Assembly (NCBI GenBank): GCA_963771355.1
Contig: CAVYTA010000006.1
Coordinates: 1,888,001 to 1,952,000, forward strand
DNA from: an uncultured Candidatus Rokubacteria bacterium
GTDB lineage: Bacteria; Methylomirabilota; Methylomirabilia; Rokubacteriales; CSP1-6
Length of the DNA stretch: 64,000 nt
Direction of reading: 5' to 3'
In this document: piece by piece, positions 1 to 9,136 of the stretch
Layout of the letters: each line of letters starts with the position of its first letter
Position numbering within the stretch: the stretch's first letter is position 1
Notes under the pieces: generated by a model
Database searches by the model: none
Told to the model about the DNA's origin: nothing
The model's input: the letters and a program-made list of their open reading frames with translations, nothing else
Translations under genes and position numbers: made by a program

Positions 1-19
1 ACACCAAGGAGGGAATGAA

Positions 20-202
20 ATGACGAGGAGCATCCTCCGCCATGCGGTCGGAGTCGGGGCGCTGTGTCTCATGGCCGCGTTGATCTACGCGGCGGTCGTC
101 TTGCGCGAAGGAGAATGGTCGCTCCTGCTCACGATCTTGTCCTTCGCGGCTGGCTATCACGGCCTCAGGTATGTCCGAAGGCTCAGTTGGTGGGCGCGAT
201 GA
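20..202 (+). CDS. small membrane protein, 60 aa, about 2 TM helices
   Basis: Strong AAGGAGG RBS at 6-12; two hydrophobic stretches; stop overlaps the next ATG (ATGA). Confidence 0.6.
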   Translation: MTRSILRHAVGVGALCLMAALIYAAVVLREGEWSLLLTILSFAAGYHGLRYVRRLSWWAR

Positions 203-291
203 CCCGCTGGCTCGCCCTGATCTTCTGTTTCGTACTCGTCGGCGCCGCCGCGACATGGTTGGTCTACATGTGGCTCGGGTGGGAGCGATGA
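199..291 (+). CDS. small single-TM protein, 30 aa (MTRWLALIFCFVLVGAAATWLVYMWLGWER)
   Basis: ATGA overlaps at both ends; one hydrophobic helix. Confidence 0.5.
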   Translation: MTRWLALIFCFVLVGAAATWLVYMWLGWER

Positions 292-395
292 AGAATTGGC
301 TGACCTGGGTGGTGGGCCTATCCGTGTTCTTCGTACTCCTCACGGTCGCTATCCTGGTTGCGAGCTTCTACTGCGGCACGCAGAAGCCACCGTAG
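288..395 (+). CDS. small single-TM protein, 35 aa (MKNWLTWVVGLSVFFVLLTVAILVASFYCGTQKPP)
   Basis: ATGA overlap, GGGAG upstream, one hydrophobic helix. Confidence 0.5.
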   Translation: MKNWLTWVVGLSVFFVLLTVAILVASFYCGTQKPP

Positions 396-634
396 CCGGT
401 TTCGTCGCGTCCAGGTACGCTCCGCACACGGGACCGAGGACCGCGTCACCCGCCCGTGCCGCCAGAGGTTGCGCGATAGGTCTTCTTCGAGGAGCCGTCA
501 ATGTGGCGAGCGGGACGGCGGCGTTGAAGCCGGGCGGCTGTGCATGACTTGCGACTGTGACGCGCGGCTGGCGCTGACGCTGTATCCGAACCGACACTCT
601 AGCCGGCTCCCGCCCGGCGTGGCAGCGTGGGGAC

Positions 635-1153
635 GTGATGCTCTACTCGCGTCCGCAGCTCTCACTCCTGCTGGTCCTCGGCGCCGCGCTCCTCGCCGGC
701 CTGGCGGTGCGCGAATGGCGCGCGGGATTTCCCGAGGCGGCGGCGCGGCTCGAGACGTTCGACCGGGATGAATCCACGGCAGCGCCGGGGCCGACCCCCT
801 TCACGGGGCCGGCCCGGCCGAACCGCCCGCCACGATCGGCGCGCGTCCCGACCGTTCCGGCGGCTGTCGAGCGCGCCGCGGTCGACGGGGCCGCGCCCGA
901 ACGCACGCCACCCGGACGCACGCCGAAGGAGGAGCCGCCGCCGGCCGACCCGCGCCCACTCGATCTCAACGAGGCCACCGCGGAGCAGCTGGCCCGGCTG
1001 CCCGGCGTGGGCCCGGGGCTCGCACGCCGCATCGTCGAGGAACGACAGCGACGGGGCCGCTTCGAGGGACCCGAGGGGCTGCGCTCGGTGCTGGGCCTGG
1101 GGCCGCGCAAGCTGGCCGCGCTGCGCGATCTCGTCACCGCCGCCGCACCCTAG
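635..1153 (+). CDS. comEA: ComEA-family helix-hairpin-helix DNA-binding protein
   Basis: N-terminal TM, Pro-rich linker, C-terminal LDLNEATAEQLARLPGVGPGLARRIV HhH motif; adjacent to comEC. Confidence 0.9.
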   Translation: MMLYSRPQLSLLLVLGAALLAGLAVREWRAGFPEAAARLETFDRDESTAAPGPTPFTGPARPNRPPRSARVPTVPAAVERAAVDGAAPERTPPGRTPKEEPPPADPRPLDLNEATAEQLARLPGVGPGLARRIVEERQRRGRFEGPEGLRSVLGLGPRKLAALRDLVTAAAP

Positions 1154-1162
1154 CGTGGGCCG

Positions 1163-3610
1163 ATGGCCTTCGTGCCACCGGCCGCGCTGGCGCCAAGCGC
1201 CGAGGAGCCACTGGCGCGGCCGCGGATCGCTCCGGTGGGGCAGGCCCCGCTGGTGCCCGTGGCGCTGGCCTGGGCCGCGGGGATCGCCGCCGGCCCGGCG
1301 CTGGCGGCGCCCTCAGCCTGGCTGATCGTGGGCGCGGGCGCGCTGCTCCTGGCCGCGGCCGGATCGCTCGCGCTCCGACGCGCGGGATTGGCGACCGGCC
1401 TGCTGCTGGCCGCGGCCGCGGTCCTCGGCGCGCTCCGGGCACATGAGCTTCCCCCGGGACCGGACGACATCGCCGCCCTCGGAGCGAATGGGGCCGTCGC
1501 CGTGGAGGCACGGATCGCCGAGGAGCCTCGACGGTGGGCACCCGATCGCCTCCGACTGCTGCTCGACGTGGAGGCGCTCGTGACCGAGACGGAGCGGCGG
1601 TCGGCCTCCGGGCGCGTGCTCGTCACGATCTATGGAGAAGCGCCCGCGCTGGGCGAGGGCCAGCGCATCGCGGCTGACGTGCGTCTCCATCCGCCGGTGG
1701 GATACCGCAACCCGGGCGGCTTCGACTATCCCGCCCAGCTCCGCCGCGAAGGCGTCGCGCTCGTGGGCAGCGGGCGCGCGGACCGCGTGCGGCCCCTCAC
1801 CGCCGACCTCCCGCCCTGGCCCACGCGCGTGAAGCGCTGGGCGGTGGCGCGGATTGGCGCCGCCCTGCCCGAGGGCTCGGCCGCGCTCCTCGCCGGCCTG
1901 CTCCTCGGCGAGCGCGCCGCCCTCCCGCGCGAGATGGACGACGCCTTCCGGCGCGCCGGCGTCTATCACGTGCTGGCCGTCTCCGGCTTCAACGTCGCGC
2001 TCGTCTCGGCCTCGATCTTCGCGACGCTCAGCATGGTCGGCGTCTCGCGCCGCCCGACCGCCGGGATCGCCGCGGCGGCGCTGGTGGGCTTCGCCCTCGT
2101 CGTGGGCGCGCAGGCCTCGGTGCTGCGCGCGACGATCATGGGGCTCGTCCTCCTGGGCGGAGTGCTGCTCGAGCGCGAGTCCCAGCTGCCGAACGCGCTG
2201 GGCCTGGCCGCGCTCGGCCTCCTCGCCTGGCGGCCGGGCGATCTCTGGGACCCGGGCTTCCAGCTCTCCTTCGCGGCCACGGCCGGCATCGTGTACCTCG
2301 CCGCCCCCGTGGGGGGCGCGCTCGCGCGGCTGGGCTGCCCGCCGCGGGCCGCCGCCGCCGTGGCGGTGAGCGCGGTGGCGCAGGGCGCCGTGCTGCCGGT
2401 CATGGCCGCGCACTTCAATCAGCTCTCGCTGATCGGCCTGGCCGCGAATCTTCTCGTGGTCCCGCTCGCGGGGGCGGCCACCACGGTGGGCCTCTTCGGT
2501 CTCGCCCTCGCCGTGGTCAGCGATCTCGCCGGCTCTCTCGCGCTCGATCTCGCCTGGGCGCTCGTGGTGCTGCTCCGGCTGGCGGTGTGGCTGGCGGCGG
2601 CGGTTCCCTACGCGCTCGTCCACATTCCGGCTCCCGGGCCGCCGGCCATGGCCGCGTGGGTCGTCGGCGCCGCCCTCGCGGTCAGCGTGGGCCGGCAGTG
2701 GGCGCGCCGCACCGCCGGTCTCCTGCTCGTGGCCGGTCTGGTCGCGGCGGCGTGGCCGTGGCTCGCGCCGGGTGACGGCCGCCTGCGCGTCACCTTCCTC
2801 GACGTTGGGCAGGGCGACGCGATCTTCATCGAGGTGCCGGATGGGCCACGGCTCCTCGTGGACGGCGGGCCGGGCGGCGGCGCGCGCTTCGACGTGGGCG
2901 AGCGCGTGGTGGCGCCCTATCTCTGGAACCGCGGGGTCACGGGGCTCGACGTGGTGGCGGCCACGCATGCCGACGCCGACCATTCAGGCGGGCTGGCGGC
3001 CGTGCTCCGCCGGTTCACCGTCCGCGAAGTATGGGAGAACGGGCGCTGGGGCCCGGGACACGAGGACGTGGTGGCCGCACTCGAGCGATCGGGCGCGGCG
3101 CGGCGGATCGTCTCCGGCCGGCAGCGCATCTGGCGCGGCGAGGCCCTCCTCACCATCCTCAACCCGCCCGGCCCGGACCAGCCCGAGCCGGCCACGCCGG
3201 GCGAGAACGATCGCTCACTCGTCCTGCGTCTGGACTGGCGGGGGGTATCGATCCTCCTCACCGGCGATCTCACCGCGAGCGGCGAGGAGATGCTCGTGAT
3301 TGACCGCGCCCCGCTCGCCGCCACCGTGCTCAAGGTGGCGCATCACGGCAGCCGCACCTCCACCACGGAGCCTTTCGTGAACGCGAGCCGCCCGCTCCTG
3401 GCCGTCGTGTCCGTGGGCGCGCGGAACCCCTTCCGTCACCCCGTCCCCGAGGTGCTCGCGCGCCTCGCCCTCGCCGGCGCCCGCGTGTATCGCACGGATC
3501 GCGACGGCGCGGTCATCGTCGAGACGGACGGCGCGCGCCTGTGGGTCACGCGCTGGGCCACCGGGCGCACCGAGCGTCTCGAGCTCGCCCCCGAGCCCGG
3601 CGCCCGCTGA
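1163..3610 (+). CDS. comEC: DNA internalization competence protein ComEC/Rec2
   Basis: NPGGFDY, HVLAVSGFNV, GFQLSF competence-domain motifs; C-terminal MBL domain (FLDVGQGD, THADADH, HHGS). Confidence 0.95.
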   Translation: MAFVPPAALAPSAEEPLARPRIAPVGQAPLVPVALAWAAGIAAGPALAAPSAWLIVGAGALLLAAAGSLALRRAGLATGLLLAAAAVLGALRAHELPPGPDDIAALGANGAVAVEARIAEEPRRWAPDRLRLLLDVEALVTETERRSASGRVLVTIYGEAPALGEGQRIAADVRLHPPVGYRNPGGFDYPAQLRREGVALVGSGRADRVRPLTADLPPWPTRVKRWAVARIGAALPEGSAALLAGLLLGERAALPREMDDAFRRAGVYHVLAVSGFNVALVSASIFATLSMVGVSRRPTAGIAAAALVGFALVVGAQASVLRATIMGLVLLGGVLLERESQLPNALGLAALGLLAWRPGDLWDPGFQLSFAATAGIVYLAAPVGGALARLGCPPRAAAAVAVSAVAQGAVLPVMAAHFNQLSLIGLAANLLVVPLAGAATTVGLFGLALAVVSDLAGSLALDLAWALVVLLRLAVWLAAAVPYALVHIPAPGPPAMAAWVVGAALAVSVGRQWARRTAGLLLVAGLVAAAWPWLAPGDGRLRVTFLDVGQGDAIFIEVPDGPRLLVDGGPGGGARFDVGERVVAPYLWNRGVTGLDVVAATHADADHSGGLAAVLRRFTVREVWENGRWGPGHEDVVAALERSGAARRIVSGRQRIWRGEALLTILNPPGPDQPEPATPGENDRSLVLRLDWRGVSILLTGDLTASGEEMLVIDRAPLAATVLKVAHHGSRTSTTEPFVNASRPLLAVVSVGARNPFRHPVPEVLARLALAGARVYRTDRDGAVIVETDGARLWVTRWATGRTERLELAPEPGAR

Positions 3611-3619
3611 GGAGAAACA

Positions 3620-3657
3620 CCACGGCCCCCGGGCGGTTGCCGCCCCGGGGGCCGTGG
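3620..3657 (-). terminator. intrinsic terminator between convergent comEC and rpoA
   Basis: 14-bp perfect stem CCACGGCCCCCGGG/CCCGGGGGCCGTGG; followed by TGTTTCT on the minus strand. Confidence 0.7.
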
Positions 3658-3682
3658 CGCACGCGCGCGAAGCGGGAGGGTT

Positions 3683-4681
3683 CTAGCTCTCGAACGTGCG
3701 CTCGTACTGAGCGCGGAGCCGCTCCAGCTCCTCGGGATCGAGACGGATGCCCAGGGAGAGCCCCATCTCTCCCAGGATCGTCTTGATCTCGTTCAGGGAC
3801 TTCTTCCCGAAATTCTTCGTCTTCAACAGCTCCGACTCCGTCTTCTGGACGAGGTCGGCGATCGTGCGGATATTGGCGGTCTTGAGGCAGTTGGAGGCGC
3901 GCACCGACAGCTCCAGCTCGTCCACGTTGCGGAACAGGTGCTCGTTGAGCTCGAAGCGCGCCGCCGGCTCCACGCCCGCCTCCGGGCTCTCCGTCTCCTC
4001 CTGCGTGGGCACCGGGAAATCGGTGAGGAGGTTGAACTGATCCTGCAGGATGCGCGAGGCCTCCGCCACCGCGGCGTCGGGCGTCACGCTCCCATTGGTC
4101 CAGAGCTCCATCACCAGGCGCTCCGCGCCCTCGGCCGCGTTCTCCACGTGGAAGTTCACCCGCTTGACGGGCGAGAAATCCGCGTCGATCAGCATGGCGT
4201 TGATCGGGAGGGCCTCCGGCTCGCGCCGCTCCGCCGACTGATAGCCGCGGCCGCGCTCCACGCACAGCTCCATCTCGAGACCGCCATCCTTGTCCAGGGT
4301 GGCGAGCACCACCTCGGGGTTCAGGATCTCGACGTCGGCGTCGGGCTCGAAGTCACCGGCGGTGATGGTGCGCGGTCCCTGCGCCTTCAGCCGGAGAATC
4401 TTGGGCCGGTTCACGTGCAGCGCGAACACGACCTTGCGGAGATTCATGATGATGTCGAGGGTGTCCTCGGTCACGCCCTGCATGAAGGAGAACTCGTGCA
4501 GCACGCCCTCGATCTTGGCCCACGTGGGGGAGGCCCCGTGGATCGAGGACAGGAGCACCCGACGGTAGGCATTGCCCACGGTGAGCGCGAAGCCCGGCTC
4601 GAACGGCTCGATGGCGATCTTGCCGTTCTTGCGATCCTGGGCGAGCCATTCGTGACGGGCGGGCATAGCGAGTTGCGACAT
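3683..4681 (-). CDS. rpoA: DNA-directed RNA polymerase subunit alpha (stand-alone, divergent copy)
   Basis: [23 protein letters not shown] and alpha-[16 protein letters not shown]...[19 protein letters not shown]. Confidence 0.95.
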   Translation of the reverse strand: MSQLAMPARHEWLAQDRKNGKIAIEPFEPGFALTVGNAYRRVLLSSIHGASPTWAKIEGVLHEFSFMQGVTEDTLDIIMNLRKVVFALHVNRPKILRLKAQGPRTITAGDFEPDADVEILNPEVVLATLDKDGGLEMELCVERGRGYQSAERREPEALPINAMLIDADFSPVKRVNFHVENAAEGAERLVMELWTNGSVTPDAAVAEASRILQDQFNLLTDFPVPTQEETESPEAGVEPAARFELNEHLFRNVDELELSVRASNCLKTANIRTIADLVQKTESELLKTKNFGKKSLNEIKTILGEMGLSLGIRLDPEELERLRAQYERTFES

Positions 4682-4725
4682 GTAGTCCCTCCTGGGGAGA
4701 TCAGGGGCCGAAACCCCGAGCCGTG

Positions 4726-4734
4726 ACTATACCA
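4726..4734 (-). promoter_or_regulatory. extended -10 promoter of rpoA (TGgTATAGT)
   Basis: Minus strand reads tggtatagt about 45 nt before the ATG; leader holds a GGGG-tTTCGg-CCCC hairpin. Confidence 0.6.
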
Positions 4735-4829
4735 TAAAGCCTTCACGGGCACGGTCTTGCGTGCCGGGGATCCTCCCCCGTCGGAGAAGTTGACCCTCGG
4801 CCGAAGTGCCCTCAAAATAGAAGGAAACC

Positions 4830-5885
4830 ATGATGGAACGACCTTGGTTCGTCAAGACTTGGGCCGAGCCATCGGGCCAGCGAGGCAGCGCCCTGCGGAC
4901 CGTGCTCGGCGTGCTCGCCGGTCTGCTCGCCGTGTTCCTGGCCCTGCAGTCCTTCTGGATCTTCACCGCCGCGCCGGCCGTGCAGGCGGGGCCGCGGGTG
5001 GTGGACATCCCTCCCCACCAGGGCCTCACCGGCGTCGCCGGCCGCCTCGACGAAGCCGGGGTGATCCGGAGCCCGCTGGGGTTCATGCTGCTCGCCCTGG
5101 CCCGGGGCACCGCGCGCGGACTCAAGGCGGGCGAGTACGAGATCCCCCAGGGGGCCAACACGCTGGCCGTGCTCACCCAGCTCGAGGGCGGGCGCGTCCG
5201 CCAGCACCCCGTGCTGTTCCGGGAGGGCGGCACGCTCACCGAGCTCGCCCGCATCCTCGAGACCGAGCGGCTGGCCCGCGCGGACGACGTGCATCGCGTG
5301 GCCCGGGATCCCGTGTTTCTCAAGACCCTCGACATCCAGGCGGAAACGCTGGAGGGCTATCTCTACCCCGACACCTATCAGTTCGTGAGGGGCATGACCA
5401 CCGAGGAAATCCTGGCGCGCATGGTGGCGCGGATGCGCGACCAGATCTCCCCGGAGCTCCTCGAGCGGGCGCGGGCGCGTGACTTCAACCTGCATCAGGT
5501 GCTCACCCTCGCCTCCATCATCGAGAAAGAGGCGGTGATCCGCGTCGAGATGCCGCTCATCTCGGCCGTGTTCTGGAACCGCCTCCAGCGCGAGATGCCG
5601 CTCCAGGCGGATCCCACCGTGCAGTTCGCGGTGGGCAAGGACGGCAAGGCCCTCACTCGCGCGGATCTTCAGGTAGAATCGCCGTATAACACCTATCGGC
5701 GGCAGGGGCTGCCGCCCGGGCCCATCGGCGCCCCCAGCCGCGCCGCCATCGAGGCCGCGGTGAAGCCGGCGGCGGTGAACTACCTCTACTTCGTCTCGGT
5801 GGACGACCGCCGCCACCAGTTCTCCACCAACCTCGCCGAGCACAACGCCGCCGTCGCGCAGTACCGCATGACGAAATCCCGCTGA
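4830..5885 (+). CDS. mltG: endolytic transglycosylase MltG (YceG)
   Basis: LEGYLYPDTY, LASIIEKE, LQADPTV, SPYNTY, GLPPGPI motifs; TTGACC-17-CAAAAT upstream at 4790-4818. Confidence 0.95.
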   Translation: MMERPWFVKTWAEPSGQRGSALRTVLGVLAGLLAVFLALQSFWIFTAAPAVQAGPRVVDIPPHQGLTGVAGRLDEAGVIRSPLGFMLLALARGTARGLKAGEYEIPQGANTLAVLTQLEGGRVRQHPVLFREGGTLTELARILETERLARADDVHRVARDPVFLKTLDIQAETLEGYLYPDTYQFVRGMTTEEILARMVARMRDQISPELLERARARDFNLHQVLTLASIIEKEAVIRVEMPLISAVFWNRLQREMPLQADPTVQFAVGKDGKALTRADLQVESPYNTYRRQGLPPGPIGAPSRAAIEAAVKPAAVNYLYFVSVDDRRHQFSTNLAEHNAAVAQYRMTKSR

Positions 5886-5892
5886 CGCGTCC

Positions 5893-5921
5893 TTGTCAGG
5901 GTCGGACTCGGGTGCTATAAC
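5893..5921 (+). promoter_or_regulatory. sigma70-type promoter TTGTCA-17-TATAAC with extended TG
   Basis: Near-consensus hexamers with 17-bp spacing, 10 nt before ATG 5932. Confidence 0.65.
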
Positions 5922-5931
5922 CGACCCGATC

Positions 5932-6642
5932 ATGTCGCCGAGCGAGGAGTCCAGCCTGCTGTCGGTCTCGTCGCGGCCGGTGGCGCTGCCCTTCCGCCGC
6001 GTCGCCCGCGAGCGCTTCCCCGTCCTGTATCGCATCGTCCGCGATCTCTGCCGGCCCGCGCTGTCTCGCTGGTTCGATCTGTCGATCGAGGGCCTCGAGA
6101 GGCTGCCCGCCGGCCCCTTCATCCTCGCCGCCAACCACCACAACTATCTCGACGGCGTGGTGCTCGGCGTCGCCGTCCCCCGGCCCATCTCCTTCATCGT
6201 CATGCCGCGCGTCTACCACGCGAGCCCGCTGCACCCGGCTTTTCACCGGCACATCGGGTCCATCCCGGTCAACCTCTCGCGCCCGGAACCGGGCGCGATC
6301 AAGCGCGCGCTGCGCGCGCTGGACGCGGGCCACATCGTGGGCATCTTCCCCGAGGGTCCCTTCAGCCGCGAGGGCCGTCTCGTGCCCGGCCAGCCCGGAG
6401 CCGCCGCGCTCGCGCTCCACGCCGGCGTGCCCGTGGTGCCCACGGCGGTGCTCGGCACCTTCGAGGCGATGCGGGGCCGGCGCTTCTACCTGCCCCGCCG
6501 GCACCCGCTCGGGGTCCGCTTCGGCGCCCCGCTCGCCCTGCCTGGACCCCGTCGCCATGGACCCGGCCGCGCCGAGCGCGTGGAGGTCACCCGCCGGATC
6601 ATGGCCGAGATCGACCGGCTCCTCGCCCGAGCCCACGCGTGA
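5932..6642 (+). CDS. 1-acyl-sn-glycerol-3-phosphate acyltransferase family (PlsC-like)
   Basis: NHHNYLD (NHx4D-type) and IFPEG motifs. Confidence 0.85.
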   Translation: MSPSEESSLLSVSSRPVALPFRRVARERFPVLYRIVRDLCRPALSRWFDLSIEGLERLPAGPFILAANHHNYLDGVVLGVAVPRPISFIVMPRVYHASPLHPAFHRHIGSIPVNLSRPEPGAIKRALRALDAGHIVGIFPEGPFSREGRLVPGQPGAAALALHAGVPVVPTAVLGTFEAMRGRRFYLPRRHPLGVRFGAPLALPGPRRHGPGRAERVEVTRRIMAEIDRLLARAHA

Positions 6643-8039
6643 CCGAGCCCGGCGGCACGCGCTGGGGCGGCCGCTTCGCCGGGCGCATGGACCCGGGCGC
6701 CCAGGCCTTCACCGCTTCGCTCGATTTCGACCGGCGGCTCTGGCCCTGGGACCTCGACGGCAGCCGCGCCTGGGCCCGCGCGCTGGCGCGCGCGGGCCTC
6801 CTCACCGAAGCGGAGCTGACCGCGCTGCTCGCGGGGCTCGACGCGGTGCGGGCCGAGCTCGAGAGCGGGCGCTTCCCGTTCCGGCGCGAGCTGGAGGACA
6901 TCCACCTCAATATCGAGCGCCGCCTCACCGAGCTGGCCGGACCGGTGGGCGGCAAGCTCCACACCGGGCGCTCGCGCAACGACCAGATCGCACTGGACGA
7001 ACGGCTCTACCTGCGCGACATGATCGGCGACGCGGAGGCGGGGATCCGCGAGGTCCAGGCCGCCCTGGTGGCCCGCGCCGAGGAGCACATGGGAGCGCCC
7101 ATGCCGGGCTATACCCACCTGCAGCGCGCCCAGCCGGTGCTGCTCTCGCATCACCTCCTCGCCTTCGTGTTCATGCTGGACCGCGACCGGCAGCGGCTGC
7201 GCGAGTGCCGGGAGCGGGTGAACGTGCTGCCGCTGGGCGCCTCCGCGCTGGCCGGCGCCGCCTTCCCCATCGACCGCGAGGCCCTCGCCCGCGATCTCGG
7301 CTTCGCCGCGCCCTCCGCCAACAGCCTGGACGCGGTCAGCGACCGCGACCACCTCATCGAGTTCCTCGCCGCCGCCGCCATCCTCGGCATGCACCTCTCG
7401 CGCCTCGCCGCCGATCTCACGCTGTGGACCACCAGCGAGTTCGGCTTCGTGGAGTTCGACGACAAGTTCGCGACCGGGTCGTCCATCATGCCGCAGAAGA
7501 AGAATCCCGACGTGGCGGAGCTGCTCCGCGGCAAGACGGGTCGCCTGTACGGCAACCTCATCGCGCTCCTCACCGTGATGAAGGGGCTCCCCCTCACCTA
7601 CAACTCCGACATGCAGGAGGACAAGCACCCGCTCTTCGACACCGTGGACACCCTCGAGGCGGTGCTGGCGGTGGTGCCGCCCATGCTGCGCACCCTGACC
7701 TTCCGGCTGGAGCGGATGCGCGAGGCGGCAGGGGCGAGCTTCTCCACCGCCACCGACCTCGCCGACTATCTGGTCCGCAAAGGACTGCCCTTCCGCGCGG
7801 CCCACGAGGTGGTGGGCGGCGTGGTCCGGCACGGGCTGGCGCAGGGGCGCGAGTTGGCGGCGATGTCCCTCGAGGAGCTGCGCCGCTTCTCGCCCCTCAT
7901 CGGCGCCGACGTCCACGCCGCGCTCACGGTGGAGGCCTCGCTGGCCGCGCGCGCGGTGATCGGCGGGACCGCGCCGGACGCGGTCAAGCAGGCGCTGGCG
8001 CACGCCCGCGCGCTCGTCGAGCCCGAGCCGCGACGGTGA
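6639..8039 (+). CDS. argH: argininosuccinate lyase
   Basis: WGGRF, LHTGRSRNDQ, PGYTHLQRAQP, GSSIMPQKKNPD. Confidence 0.97.
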   Translation: MTEPGGTRWGGRFAGRMDPGAQAFTASLDFDRRLWPWDLDGSRAWARALARAGLLTEAELTALLAGLDAVRAELESGRFPFRRELEDIHLNIERRLTELAGPVGGKLHTGRSRNDQIALDERLYLRDMIGDAEAGIREVQAALVARAEEHMGAPMPGYTHLQRAQPVLLSHHLLAFVFMLDRDRQRLRECRERVNVLPLGASALAGAAFPIDREALARDLGFAAPSANSLDAVSDRDHLIEFLAAAAILGMHLSRLAADLTLWTTSEFGFVEFDDKFATGSSIMPQKKNPDVAELLRGKTGRLYGNLIALLTVMKGLPLTYNSDMQEDKHPLFDTVDTLEAVLAVVPPMLRTLTFRLERMREAAGASFSTATDLADYLVRKGLPFRAAHEVVGGVVRHGLAQGRELAAMSLEELRRFSPLIGADVHAALTVEASLAARAVIGGTAPDAVKQALAHARALVEPEPRR

Positions 8040-9124
8040 GGCGTCGCCCCCGCCTCCTCCTCGCCGTCGCCGTTCTGACCGCTCTCATCGCCGGCGGCGT
8101 CGGCTGCGGCAAGAAGGGTCCGCCGGTAGCGCCGGAACAGCGGCTGCCCGCTCCGCCCACCGGGATGTCCGCCACCGTGGAGGAGAATTCCGTCGTGGTC
8201 AGCTGGAGCCTTCCGCGCGGGCGCGTGGACGGGACGCCCCTGCGCGACATCACCGTCGCGCGGCTGCACCGGCGCGCCGAAGCCGAGGGTGAGCCCGCCA
8301 AGTCGGCCATGGTCTCGTCGGGTCAGGTGGTCGGATGGGAGGAGATCGCCGCCATCAAGCTCGACACCCCCGGCCCGGCGGTGGTGGAGGGCAAGGCCAT
8401 CAAGTGGATCGACCGCCGTGGGCTGGTCTTCGGGCGGCGCTACGTCTACGTGGCCACGGTGGCCGACAGCCGGGGACGGTGGAGCGCGCCCTCGGAGCGC
8501 CTCGCCGTCCTCTATCTCGCCGCGCCCCGGCCGCCGCAGGAGCTCGCCGTCGTCGCGGGCGAGGGCGAGGCGCGGCTCTCATGGCAGCCGCCCACCGGTT
8601 TGATCGACGGCAGCCCGCTGCGGGGCGAGCTGAGCTACGTGGTCTTGCGCGGCACCGGACCGGACGGTCCCCTGGCCGCCATCACCGGGGAGCCCGTGCG
8701 CGAGACGCGGTACGTCGACACCGGACTCGAGAACGAGACGCTCTACCGCTACGCGGTGCGCGCGGTGCGGCGCGAGGGCGCGGCGACGGCCTACGGCGAG
8801 CCCTCGGCGCCGGCCACGGTGACGCCGGTGGACCGCACCGCGCCCGCCCCGCCCACCAACCTCGTGGCGGTGCCGTCGGCGACGGCGGTGCGACTGGCCT
8901 GGAACCCAAGCGTCTCCCCCGACGTGACGAGCTACGTGGTGTACCGGGCGACCGGCGAGGGGCCGTTCGTTCGCATCGGGACGACGCCCGCGATCACGAA
9001 CCTGTTCACGGATCGCGAAGTGACGGCGGGGACGGGCTACCGCTATGCGGTGACCGCTCTCGACGCGGCGCGCGTGCCCAACGAGAGCGCGCGGTCGAAC
9101 GTGGCCGCGGTCAGCATTCCCTGA
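8036..9124 (+). CDS. lipoprotein with CGKKGP motif and fibronectin type III repeats
   Basis: GTGA overlap with argH; signal peptide with GVG-C lipobox; three FN3-like units (VVVSW, RLSW...YRYAVRAV, RLAW...YRYAVTA). Confidence 0.8.
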   Translation: MRRRPRLLLAVAVLTALIAGGVGCGKKGPPVAPEQRLPAPPTGMSATVEENSVVVSWSLPRGRVDGTPLRDITVARLHRRAEAEGEPAKSAMVSSGQVVGWEEIAAIKLDTPGPAVVEGKAIKWIDRRGLVFGRRYVYVATVADSRGRWSAPSERLAVLYLAAPRPPQELAVVAGEGEARLSWQPPTGLIDGSPLRGELSYVVLRGTGPDGPLAAITGEPVRETRYVDTGLENETLYRYAVRAVRREGAATAYGEPSAPATVTPVDRTAPAPPTNLVAVPSATAVRLAWNPSVSPDVTSYVVYRATGEGPFVRIGTTPAITNLFTDREVTAGTGYRYAVTALDAARVPNESARSNVAAVSIP

Positions 9125-9136
9125 CCCGGCGGCGGA

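Noticed and set aside
396..634. Possible small gene or ncRNA before comEA (ORFs 349-597 minus, 358-771 plus with CMTCDC)
   Set aside because: No RBS, recognisable family or clear RNA structure
635..4681. Functional link between the competence genes and the orphan rpoA
   Set aside because: They are convergent and separated by a terminator; adjacency alone is not evidence
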